From Candidatus Poribacteria bacterium (GTDB lineage: Bacteria; Poribacteria; WGA-4E; WGA-3G): a stretch of DNA of 64,000 nucleotides. This document shows, piece by piece, positions 38,707 through 47,810 of the stretch. The notes under the pieces are model-generated. The model was not told the origin of the DNA, searched no databases, and saw nothing but the letters and a program-made list of their open reading frames with translations. The stretch is taken from positions 640,001 to 704,000 of the forward strand of contig OZ251518.1 of NCBI GenBank assembly GCA_965242965.1, in the 5' to 3' direction. The first letter of the stretch is position 1, and every line of letters starts with the position of its first letter. A program made the position numbers and the translations under genes.

Positions 38707-39465
38707 ATGAAAATGAAACTGTTTCTGTGTGTGCTGTGTCTCGCGTTTTTCGCGGATGGGCTATTGCCCCAAACCGCGCCGGTAGATGAAGCGACACGGC
38801 TCACCCAGGTTGAAATCGCTTTGGAATTCCAGAACAAGCAGCTTGGCAGAATGGAGGGGACGATGGACCGAATTGATGGGCAGATGGATGGTATGCTCAT
38901 GTGGGTAATCGGCTTATTCGTTGGATTCGGCATTGCCGTTTACGCGCTCATCCATCAACTCAGAGCGCAACTCACCGAAATGATGCATACGTTTGGCACC
39001 CACTATGCAGATCTGGTTCTGCGGATGTCACAATTGCAGAGCGATCTGGTGGTGCAAATATCTGAACTGCGGGGCGATGTCAATGGGGTAAAGAGCGATG
39101 TTGCGACGGTGCAGCAGAATCTCACGAAGGTTGAGAGCGATGTCAGTGCCGTGAAATCAGAGTTGCAGGCCGATATCAGTGCCGTGAAATCAGAGTTGCG
39201 GGCCGATGTCAGCGACGTGAAATCAGAGTTGCGGGGCGATATCGGCGACGTGAAAATCAATGTCGGCGGACTCCAAAAGGATGTCGCAATCATCCAGAAG
39301 GATGTCGGCGAACTCAACGAGAAAGTCGATGGCATTGATGCGCACGTGACAGAAGTTGAACGCAGCACCAACGCGCAGCTCACCGACATTCGCGAAACCC
39401 TCGCAAAGCAACAGGAAACCGAAACCGAAACGCCGAAAAAGGAAGCCGATTCCTTGAAAACGTAG
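38707..39465 (+). CDS. signal peptide plus TM-anchored long coiled-coil protein with 11-residue repeats
   Basis: DVSAVKSELQA/DISAVKSELRA/DVSDVKSELRG, encoded by 33-bp repeats at 39139-39255. Confidence 0.75.
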   Translation: MKMKLFLCVLCLAFFADGLLPQTAPVDEATRLTQVEIALEFQNKQLGRMEGTMDRIDGQMDGMLMWVIGLFVGFGIAVYALIHQLRAQLTEMMHTFGTHYADLVLRMSQLQSDLVVQISELRGDVNGVKSDVATVQQNLTKVESDVSAVKSELQADISAVKSELRADVSDVKSELRGDIGDVKINVGGLQKDVAIIQKDVGELNEKVDGIDAHVTEVERSTNAQLTDIRETLAKQQETETETPKKEADSLKT

Positions 39466-39519
39466 GGAGAAACTCCCTTGTTTAGAGATGTCTGTAGTTC
39501 GGGCTCAGACGAGCCCGAA

Positions 39520-40680
39520 CTATAGCAGTGAATTGACAACCCCAATCCCGATGCACGAACCCATCTTCTTCATCTCAAACCGCGTGCCGACTTCCATCGC
39601 TAACGGTAAATCAAGCCTCATGGTGACTTGCGCGTCCATGCCCGGTGTGATGATTGAAATATCTGGTGGGAGTCGGAGATGCGTTGGCATGTCAATCCCC
39701 CATAAATGTATTACCAGCCGGTCGTTGTCAATAAGCGGCATGTGCGTGCTGTTCTCCTCGTGTGTTAGGAGATAGACAATCGCCGTAAACGCAGAATGCG
39801 ATTTGATAGTCTTCGGTGTGCAAAGCACCTGTCCCACAGAGAGCCAATCCGGTTCAGCCTCCACGCGCGCTTCATTCTCTTTGATGCCGAGGCACCGCGT
39901 CTTGATTCGTTCCCCTTTGCCGACGACATCGACGGCTTGTCCTACGGCGAGATGCCCTTGGGCAATTTCGCCTCGCGCCGTGACGCTATCGCGCGTCTCT
40001 TCGGTAATCTCATAAATCGGCATGATGAGCGGCAGGTTTGCGCGGTTAATAGGTTCCGGCATGTGCCGATTCATCGCGAAAACCAGATCGACAATTGGCT
40101 TCCACTGCGCCGAGGCAAGTTTGTGGCCTTTGTAAGTTAATGCTTTGCGCGCGTCGCCGACAATGATAGGAGACGTTTCCTCTTCCCATCCGCACTCGCT
40201 TAGCAGTTCACGCATCTCCATCTGACAAATGTCTAGCAGTTCATCGTCTTCCGGAATGCCGCCGGTGTTGAGGAACGGAATCACCGTCGTCAGATGAACG
40301 TGGCTGGCGAGACAGAGCAGTGCTTCAGAGTCCGGCGTGACTCCCTCAACGGCGTTCACCACCCAGAGCGCGCCCTGAATAGCTGGTGAACCGCTCACAA
40401 GCATCTTGACGACATCCTGTTGCGTTTCGCAGTCAATCTGCGTATAAAATTTGCCGCTGGTTTCATAATCAACAGCGCGGTAGGTAATACCGACCCTTTC
40501 ACGAATCGGGTGGCGCATCGGGATTTGTGTATCAAAACTGCCATCGATATCGGTATGAATAGCCCCGATTCTCGCGACAACCTTTGCGATGGCGGCTGTT
40601 AACGTCGTTTTTCCGTGCCCCGGTGCGCCGAGTGTGCAGATAGGCAAGGCGCGGTGCGTGGCGGCTCTTTTCTTGTTCAT
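39520..40680 (-). CDS. divergent EF-Tu-like protein with degenerate GTPase motifs
   Basis: Colinear with EF-Tu: GHGKTTLTAAI, GIT, ELLDICQMEMRELLS, domain III PGM...L..PLAMEVGTRF; RBS AAGGAG. Confidence 0.8.
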   Translation of the reverse strand: MNKKRAATHRALPICTLGAPGHGKTTLTAAIAKVVARIGAIHTDIDGSFDTQIPMRHPIRERVGITYRAVDYETSGKFYTQIDCETQQDVVKMLVSGSPAIQGALWVVNAVEGVTPDSEALLCLASHVHLTTVIPFLNTGGIPEDDELLDICQMEMRELLSECGWEEETSPIIVGDARKALTYKGHKLASAQWKPIVDLVFAMNRHMPEPINRANLPLIMPIYEITEETRDSVTARGEIAQGHLAVGQAVDVVGKGERIKTRCLGIKENEARVEAEPDWLSVGQVLCTPKTIKSHSAFTAIVYLLTHEENSTHMPLIDNDRLVIHLWGIDMPTHLRLPPDISIITPGMDAQVTMRLDLPLAMEVGTRFEMKKMGSCIGIGVVNSLL

Positions 40681-40785
40681 CGATTTCTCCTTTTTTCTAT
40701 TTCGCAAGGCATTCGCTGAGGGTTTCTGTTGCGAGCCTGTCTCTCTGCGTAACCTGATATTTTCGGTTTTGGATGCTAATTTATT

Positions 40786-41185
40786 GAGGGTGTTTCATAA
40801 ATCCGTTTGCGCGCTGATAAGCCCCCTTCATCGTAGGGCGAGGGCCTGTCCCTCGCCATGCTTCGCGTACCCCAGACCCTCCCTTCTGTAGGGCAAGAGC
40901 ACCTGCTCTTGACCTGTTTGTGATCAGGCGATCACAAACTACAGACAGGGCGCGATAAGCACCCTCCATCGTAGGGCGAGGGCCTGTCCCTCGCCATGCC
41001 TCGCGCTACGGAAAAACGTCTCTGCAGGTCCGTAGGACCTAAAACGCCCCCGCTTGCCGATGGCCAACGCAGGGGACAGGCCCCCGCGCTACGGAAAAAT
41101 CGAGACCAGGAGGTCTCTCCTACGGTATTGCATCGAGACCAGGAGGTCTCTCCTACCCAAAGAAACGGATTTATGAAACACCCTC
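40786..41185. mobile_element. 400-bp MITE-like TIR-bounded REP cassette with 3-bp target duplication
   Basis: ATT|GAGGGTGTTTCATAA...TTATGAAACACCCTC|ATT. Confidence 0.8.
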
Positions 41186-41228
41186 ATTTATTATAGCAAA
41201 AATTCGCGTATTATGCAATAATAGTCTC

Positions 41229-41723
41229 ATGTTACGCCAAAAGATTTACCATCTTAACGAACTTGCGCCGCTTCTTCAGGATGCCAAAGCCGCGGGCAAA
41301 GTCGTCGTCACGACGAACGGATGCTTTGACGTGCTACATCTGGGGCATCTCCGCTATCTCCAAGCCGCGCGGGAACTCGGAGAGTTGCTGGTTGTCGCAG
41401 TGAATAGTGATAGTTCGGTTCGGCAGCTCAAGGGCGAAAACCGGCCGCTTGTCCCTGAATCAGAGCGCGCCGAAATGCTCGCCGGCTTGGAATGCGTTGA
41501 TTACGTCGTCATCTTCCCTGAATTAACGCCGGTTGCGTTGCTTGCCGAGCTCAAACCCAACATCCACGTCAAAGGCGGCGACTACAAATTGGAGCAGCTC
41601 GTTGAGAGGGAAGTTGTTGAGGCGCACGGCGGCAAGGTTATCGTCGGACTGAATGTCCCCGGCAAATCCACGACGAATCTCATCCAAGTGATTTGCGAAC
41701 GATATACCCGTGGCGGCCCGTAG
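41229..41723 (+). CDS. rfaE2: D-glycero-beta-D-manno-heptose 1-phosphate adenylyltransferase
   Basis: TNGCFDVLHLGH, VNSDSSVRQLKGENRP, KGGDY, GKSTT. Confidence 0.9.
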   Translation: MLRQKIYHLNELAPLLQDAKAAGKVVVTTNGCFDVLHLGHLRYLQAARELGELLVVAVNSDSSVRQLKGENRPLVPESERAEMLAGLECVDYVVIFPELTPVALLAELKPNIHVKGGDYKLEQLVEREVVEAHGGKVIVGLNVPGKSTTNLIQVICERYTRGGP

Positions 41724-42023
41724 CGCGAGGGCCTGTCCCTCGCGAGCCCTAGAACGCGTGTCCGGCCGTAGCGCGAGGGCCTGTCCCTCGCGAAGCCTCG
41801 GTGCAGACTAGGCTCGGCGAGGGACAGGCCCACCTCTGTAGTTCGGGAGCACCCGCTCCCGAACGGGCAGGATCAGGCGATCCTGACCTACAGAGGTGGT
41901 GCGCTCTGACAGCCAAACACATGGCGAGGGACAGGCCCTCGCCCTACGGTGAAAGGGGAGGCGTTTTTTCACCGGATCGCGGGGTCTGTCCCCGCGACGT
42001 TGAGCGAGTTATGAAACACCCTC
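41720..42023. repeat. REP cluster ending in right TIR (42009-42023)
   Basis: Family A and D palindromes. Confidence 0.85.
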
Positions 42024-42060
42024 ACTTAACTTACCGAAAAGAGACGAAAGGTAACAAAAC

Positions 42061-43473
42061 ATGCACATCAACAACCCATTGACAGTTCAGGAGCTCAAAC
42101 CCCACATCGAAAGGCTTTTTGAACTCTCTGGCAAAAAGATTTTAGCGATTGAGGAAACCTGGCCCGCCGAAAAAGGCACGCCTGTCTTCACCGTCGCCGG
42201 CACCTACACAACGCGCGGGTGGACAGAATGGACGCAAGGCTTCCAATTCGGTTCTGCCATCCTCCAATTTGAGGCGACTGGCGATGAACAGTTCCTGGAA
42301 ATCGGCAGGCAGAACACCATCGAAAAGATGGCACCGCATGTCACGCACATCGGTGTCCACGACCACGGATTTAACAACGTCTCCACATACGGCAACCTCC
42401 GCCGTTTAATGCGAGAAGGCATTATCCCGTGGAACGACGGTGAGATGCACTTTTATGAGCTCGCCTTGAAAGCCTCCGCCGCCGTGCAGGCGAGCCGATG
42501 GACACCTATTCGTGCGCGCTTTCAAAGCGCGGGCAGCGAGGACGGCGCGGGGTATATCTATTCTTTCAACGGACCGCATTCCCTCTTTTCGGATACTATC
42601 CGTTCGCTGCGGGTATTGGGGCTTGGACATACCCTCGGTGCAGTCCTCATGGGCGAAGGCGATGTGCCGATTTCGTTGTTAGAACGCCTGATTCACCATT
42701 CCGAGACTACAGCGGCCTACAACGTTTACTACGGCGAGGGGCGCGATGCTTATGATTTACGCGGGCGCGTCGTCCACGAATCTATCTTCAATACCAACGA
42801 CGGCAACTATCGGTGCCCAAGCACGCAACAGGGATATTCGCCGTTTACGACGTGGACGCGCGGGCTCGCGTGGATTATCACCGGCTACGCCGAACAACTT
42901 GAGTTTTTCGATACGCTGACTTCGGAAGCCCTGGAACCATTTTTGAATAGGACGGGAACGCCTGTTCCTGTTACCTTGCACATGCGCAAAGCGGCGGCGG
43001 CAACCGCTGATTTCTATATTGAGAATACCGCGCAGGATGGAATTCCGTATTGGGATACGGGTGCTCCCGGTTTAGCGCAACTCGGCGATTATTTGGAAGC
43101 ACCTGCGGATCCGTTTAACGACGCTGAACCGGTGGATAGTTCCGCTGCAGCCATCGCCGCGCAAGGGTTAATTCGCCTTGGTAACTACCTCAAAAAACAT
43201 GGCGAACTTGAGGCAGGTCAGACTTACTATCAGGCAGGTTTGACGGTAGCGCAGACGCTTTTCTCCGCGCCATATCTCTCCGAATCGGATGCGCATCAGG
43301 GGTTGCTATTGCATTCGGTTTATCATCGTCCGAATGGTTGGGATTATGTGCCGGCGGGCAGGCAAATTCCGTGCGGCGAGGCATCGATGTGGGGTGATTA
43401 TCACGCGCGGGAGCTCGCGCTGCTGTTGTGGCGAGAGATTGAGGGGGAGTCGTATTTGAGTTTTTCTAACTAA
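42061..43473 (+). CDS. glycoside hydrolase family 88-like (unsaturated glucuronyl hydrolase)
   Basis: WTQGF, HDHGF, TWTRGLAW, DGIPYWD, DSSAAAIAA, WGDY. Confidence 0.85.
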   Translation: MHINNPLTVQELKPHIERLFELSGKKILAIEETWPAEKGTPVFTVAGTYTTRGWTEWTQGFQFGSAILQFEATGDEQFLEIGRQNTIEKMAPHVTHIGVHDHGFNNVSTYGNLRRLMREGIIPWNDGEMHFYELALKASAAVQASRWTPIRARFQSAGSEDGAGYIYSFNGPHSLFSDTIRSLRVLGLGHTLGAVLMGEGDVPISLLERLIHHSETTAAYNVYYGEGRDAYDLRGRVVHESIFNTNDGNYRCPSTQQGYSPFTTWTRGLAWIITGYAEQLEFFDTLTSEALEPFLNRTGTPVPVTLHMRKAAAATADFYIENTAQDGIPYWDTGAPGLAQLGDYLEAPADPFNDAEPVDSSAAAIAAQGLIRLGNYLKKHGELEAGQTYYQAGLTVAQTLFSAPYLSESDAHQGLLLHSVYHRPNGWDYVPAGRQIPCGEASMWGDYHARELALLLWREIEGESYLSFSN

Positions 43474-43491
43474 CAAGCTTCTCCCTTTCTC

Positions 43492-44095
43492 CGTAGGGCG
43501 GGGGCCTGTCCCTCGTCATGCATCGAGCCGCTCACCCTCACCGTAGGGCGAGGGCCTGTCCCTCGCCGTGCCATCTGGAGCAGGATTTCCAAGATAAGCA
43601 AGAGATGAGCAGGATTTTCAAGATTTTCAAGATTTTCAAGATTAGCGTCTTCATCTTGGTAATCTTGTCTTTTTCATGATAATCCTGCTCTGATTTTTCA
43701 AGATTTCCAAGATTAGCAGGATTAGAGGTTTTTATTCCGTGGAAACGTCTCTTAAGGTCTGTAAGACCTTAATGTCTATAGCGCGCCGCGCCGCGACGAT
43801 GCCTAAGGTCTGTAGGACCTTAATGTGCGTTTTATTTGGTGGTTATCCAAACCGCGCTGCCGCACCGTAGGGCGAGGGCCTGTCCCTCGCCATGCCAAAA
43901 ATCCCCTTTCACCGTAGGGCGAGGGCCTGTCCCTCGCCGTGCCTCGTTTGTCGCAGAAACCGTTCGTGGCCTCTGGGCTTCGGACGTTTCTCGTTTCGTC
44001 GGCGAGATCGCGGGGGACAGGCCCCCGCACTACGTTCCCAGGGACGTTTTTCGTTTGGATCGAACGTTCGCGAGGGACAGACCCTCGCGCTACAG
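43492..44095. repeat. REP cluster with embedded 9-bp tandem repeat and family F module
   Basis: Family A palindromes; CAAGATTTT tandem at 43580-43725; AAGGTCTGTAAGACCTTAATG. Confidence 0.85.
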
Positions 44096-44221
44096 TAGCA
44101 GCGTTTTTTTTTCGCGAAATAACCTTGACAAAAAACGCGACATTTGCGACAATAAAAAAACCGAAATTCGTGTAGAATGTGGTTAATTGTGAACATTTCC
44201 ACGATTTTTCGCAGAAAATGT

Positions 44222-44251
44222 TTGACATTTATTGCATTTTTCGTGTATAAT
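44222..44251 (+). promoter_or_regulatory. consensus sigma70 promoter (a second candidate lies at 44125-44153)
   Basis: TTGACA-18 bp-TATAAT. Confidence 0.7.
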
Positions 44252-44743
44252 AGTTGCAAATGCGGTGAAACGCGCGAAAAAAAACGTGCCACCGCGAGAC
44301 CGAAACCGAACAAAGGAACGATACCCGTGAACCAGCGAATTAATTCTTCCATTGCTACCGAGGTCGCCGTAGACCTGCCCGGGCCCCGCGAGATGCCGCA
44401 CATCCGGTGCGCGTCTGGCCCGTTTGTCGCGCTGTCACGAGTTCCCGTTCGGCTTGATGTCCAGAGGGGAGGATTTACCCCCCCCCTACTTCACTAGCGT
44501 TAATTAGTTTTTCTTCACAAGACAGCGGCGACTTTCGTCGTCCTGTTGTCATTGACCCCGCACGCATTCTTTGCGTGGCGGGTTATTTGTGTTGCATTGG
44601 GACTGGCCCAATACATGTTTTCTTATAATCTCGTAAAGCCGCTATTCAGACAGACGAAGATGGATGGGCACCGTGCCCATCCACGCATCCTCGGTATGCA
44701 CGCGCGTTGACTCGCGCGCAACAAACTTAAAGGAGAACAAGAA

Positions 44744-45352
44744 ATGAACCGCAAAATCATTTGCATCGTCATTGCACTCATGGTTTTAAGCCTCGGTGCA
44801 ATCCTTGTCGCAGTTGAACCTGAACTCACAGGCGATGTAAACCGCGACGGTATCGTGAACATTCTCGATTTGGTGGAAGTCGCCTCACAATTCGGAGAGC
44901 AGGGTGAACCCGCCAACACCGTCACAAACGTGGGGCAGTTCCAAAACGATTTAAACGGACTCCCCGTTAACGTCACACTCTCACCACTGGAAAACGCAGA
45001 GGTTGAGACGGTTAGAGCGCGAGACGTACAGCAGAATCATTGGGACTATAACGGACGGTTCGTCCGTTTTACAGGTGTCGTTGACTACGTTAACACGACT
45101 TACCTCGACCCGCTAGACCTCCAATCGGAGGTAGTCTGGAGTCTGCGCCTTGAAGGGTGGCCATGGATTTATGTGTACCTGCTGGATGCGCCGAATATAT
45201 CCATTCTCCCCGAAGCATACCAAACGGGGCACAAATATGAATTCACAGGGTTTTTCATAAGATATGAGAAACACGCAGAATGGAGCAAAGACGGATTCAC
45301 ACAAATACGCGTCTACGCTTTTGAGATTCGGCATCTGGGGGAAGCGGATTGA
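44744..45352 (+). CDS. secreted dockerin type I domain protein with possible OB-fold-like C-terminus
   Basis: Signal peptide; GDVNRDGIVNILDLVEVASQFG. Confidence 0.8.
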   Translation: MNRKIICIVIALMVLSLGAILVAVEPELTGDVNRDGIVNILDLVEVASQFGEQGEPANTVTNVGQFQNDLNGLPVNVTLSPLENAEVETVRARDVQQNHWDYNGRFVRFTGVVDYVNTTYLDPLDLQSEVVWSLRLEGWPWIYVYLLDAPNISILPEAYQTGHKYEFTGFFIRYEKHAEWSKDGFTQIRVYAFEIRHLGEAD

Positions 45353-45409
45353 TACGAACGCCCGCGCCGCGGATATTCCCGCGGCCGGGTCTTCTTAAAG
45401 AAGGAGATT

Positions 45410-46438
45410 ATGATGTTGAAAAATGCTTTTTTATCTCTGTTTTTCCTACTCGTCAGCGTCCACGCCGCCGTCGGCAACGCAGACCTGAACGCAGACGGAA
45501 AAATCAACATTCAAGATTTAGTCATCATTGCGCAGCATCTCGGCACCGACAACACAGAAGTAGACCAGAACGGGGACGGAGAAATAAATATCCTTGACCT
45601 GGTCCTGGTTGCAGGGCTTTTAGGTGAAACGCCAACAAAACCCGAGACCCCCGAAGGCATGGTGCTTATCCCTGCTGGCACATTCCAAATGGGCAGCGAG
45701 GACGAGGAGGCAGGCGATGACGAACAGCCCGTGCATACCGTCCACTTGGATGCGTTCTATATGGATAAATATGAAGTCACGAACGCGCAGTTCAAGGCAT
45801 TCCTCGACGCAAATCCAGAGTGGGGAAAGGATAACATTGAGGACAGGTATAACATTGAGGACAGGTTCCACAAGGGCTTATACCTTCGTGAATGGACTGA
45901 CAATAACTACCCCGCCGGGAAAGCAGACCATCCGGTGTATCAGGTGAGCTGGTATGCAGCAATGGCGTATACCGAGTGGACAGGCAAGCGGCTGCCGACA
46001 GAGGCGGAATGGGAATATGCCGCACGCGGTGGGCTTGCGGGGAAGAAGTATCCCTGGGGCGATACGATTTCCCCCGCTGATGCGAACTACTGGGACAGTG
46101 GCATCGGCGATACGACACCCGTTGGGCAGTATGCGGCGAACGGGTATGGGTTATATGATATGGCAGGAAACGTGCGGGAATGGTGCCTTGACGTATACGA
46201 TTTCAAGGGTTTATACGCTGTCTCTGAGAACAATCGGAATCCTATCGCCAGTGGGGAGAGCCTCCAAGAACTGCGTGAGAACTTCACAAGTATCCCGGAA
46301 GACTCCTATCGCGTGTTGCGCGGCGGCAGTTGGTTCCAAACGGCACAGTACTTGCGTGTTGCCAGTCGCGAATGGAATAAGCCAACGTACGCGGACGCAG
46401 TCCTCGGTTTTCGTTGCGTGCAGCCAGTTACGCCTTGA
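45410..46438 (+). CDS. secreted dockerin plus FGE-sulfatase (SUMF1-like) domain protein
   Basis: ADLNADGKINIQDL/DQNGDGEINILDL; FQMGS, EVTN, RLPTEAEWEYAARGG, YDMAGNVREW, RGGSW, GFRC. Confidence 0.9.
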   Translation: MMLKNAFLSLFFLLVSVHAAVGNADLNADGKINIQDLVIIAQHLGTDNTEVDQNGDGEINILDLVLVAGLLGETPTKPETPEGMVLIPAGTFQMGSEDEEAGDDEQPVHTVHLDAFYMDKYEVTNAQFKAFLDANPEWGKDNIEDRYNIEDRFHKGLYLREWTDNNYPAGKADHPVYQVSWYAAMAYTEWTGKRLPTEAEWEYAARGGLAGKKYPWGDTISPADANYWDSGIGDTTPVGQYAANGYGLYDMAGNVREWCLDVYDFKGLYAVSENNRNPIASGESLQELRENFTSIPEDSYRVLRGGSWFQTAQYLRVASREWNKPTYADAVLGFRCVQPVTP

Positions 46439-46459
46439 GACTTAACACTTTGACAACCT

Positions 46460-46487
46460 CGCCGCGGATTTCCGCGGCGTTTTTTTT
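46460..46487 (+). terminator. intrinsic terminator
   Basis: CGCCGCGG-ATTT-CCGCGGCG followed by T8. Confidence 0.8.
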
Positions 46488-46549
46488 ATCATTTTGATTA
46501 TGAACAATTTGTTAATTGGCGTTATCATCGGTGCATTGCTTGCGGTGAT

Positions 46550-47020
46550 ACAGGCCCCCGCGCTACGTCACCTAAAACACCCCTTCTCCCCGCGTAGGGC
46601 GAGGGCCTGTTCCTCGCCGCGCCTAAGGTCCTTTAGGTCCTTAATGTCTATAGTCCCTCGCAACACGATGCTCCCTAAGGTCCTTTAGGTCCTTAATGTG
46701 CAGTTGTGCAGTATGTCTCGTTTCATTAAGGTCCTAACGGACCTTGAAAACTACGTAAAACCCGTTTTTCTATAGACATGCAGGTCCTAAAGGACCTGAA
46801 GAGGCATCCATTGCAAAAAGAATGTTCGTTGCGCGGGAGATAATCCTGTAAATCTTGTAAATCCTGTAAATCCTGCTTCAGGCAGTTAACATCGCGGGGG
46901 ACAGGCCCCCGCGCTACGGTGAAGAGTAGAAAACCGCGCCGCCGCACCGTAGGGCGAGGGCCTGTCCCTCGCCATGCATCGAGACCAAGAAGTCTATCCT
47001 ACGCCTGTCCCTCGCCATGC
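46550..47020. repeat. REP, family F and 9-bp repeat cluster
   Basis: Family A palindromes, AAGGTCCTTTAGGTCCTTAATG, AATCCTGTA tandem. Confidence 0.85.
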
Positions 47021-47099
47021 TTGCAAAAAAAATTACTTGACATTCAAAGCGAATTTATGATACTCTTTATTTAATCACTCCGAAGAGGAAACTGAAAAC

Positions 47100-47792
47100 A
47101 TGCAAGCGATTATTCTCTGTGGTGGACTTTCCACCCGACTCGGAAAGACGACACAGCACCTCCCCAAAATTCTCCTCAAAATCGGGGAGCGGACGGTGCT
47201 GGAATGGCAACTCGCGCTGCTGGCAGAAGCGGGCGTGACAGAAGTCATCCTCGCCTCCGGGCACCTGCACGATGTGCTTTACGCGCACGTCGGGGAACGT
47301 TACGCCGGGATGAAAATCCGATACGCCAAAGAGGAGAAACCGCTCGGCACCGGGGGCGCGATTCAGAACGCGTTCCGGTTAGTTGACGCATTTCCTGTCT
47401 TCGTGTTGCACGGCGATATTTTGTTGAAAGGCATCTCGTTGGCTGAGATGCGCGCCGCTCTCCGGCCCGAAATGGACGGCTTAGTCCTCGGCGTGCCTGT
47501 CACCGACCTCGGTTCCTATGGCGAGATCGTCGCCGATGCAGATGGACGAATCGTTGCTTTTCGGGAGAAGCAACAGGCGGCGCGCCCCGGATGCGCAAAC
47601 GGCGCGGTCTTCCTCTTCAACCGAACGATTGTCAACGCCTTTCCACAAAAGGACAAATTCTCGATCGAACGCGACGTTTTTCCGTTCGTAACGCAGTTAT
47701 ATGTTTACAATATCGCACCCTCGCGGTCGCGATTCTGGATAGATATTGGCGTGCCGGAGCGGTTGGAATACGCCCGGCAACATTTCATTTAA
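47100..47792 (+). CDS. sugar-phosphate nucleotidyltransferase (NTP_transferase family)
   Basis: AIILCGGLSTRL, PK, EEKPLGTGGAI, FSIERDVFP, WIDIG. Confidence 0.88.
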   Translation: MQAIILCGGLSTRLGKTTQHLPKILLKIGERTVLEWQLALLAEAGVTEVILASGHLHDVLYAHVGERYAGMKIRYAKEEKPLGTGGAIQNAFRLVDAFPVFVLHGDILLKGISLAEMRAALRPEMDGLVLGVPVTDLGSYGEIVADADGRIVAFREKQQAARPGCANGAVFLFNRTIVNAFPQKDKFSIERDVFPFVTQLYVYNIAPSRSRFWIDIGVPERLEYARQHFI

Positions 47793-47810
47793 CATTTAAA
47801 GGAGAGACTC

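Noticed and set aside
45410-46438. FGE-sulfatase (CLec-fold) gene as a diversity-generating retroelement target
   Set aside because: No template repeat and no reverse transcriptase were seen in the window
47712-47735. Small hairpin inside the nucleotidyltransferase gene (IAPSRSR)
   Set aside because: It is too degenerate to assign to a REP family by eye
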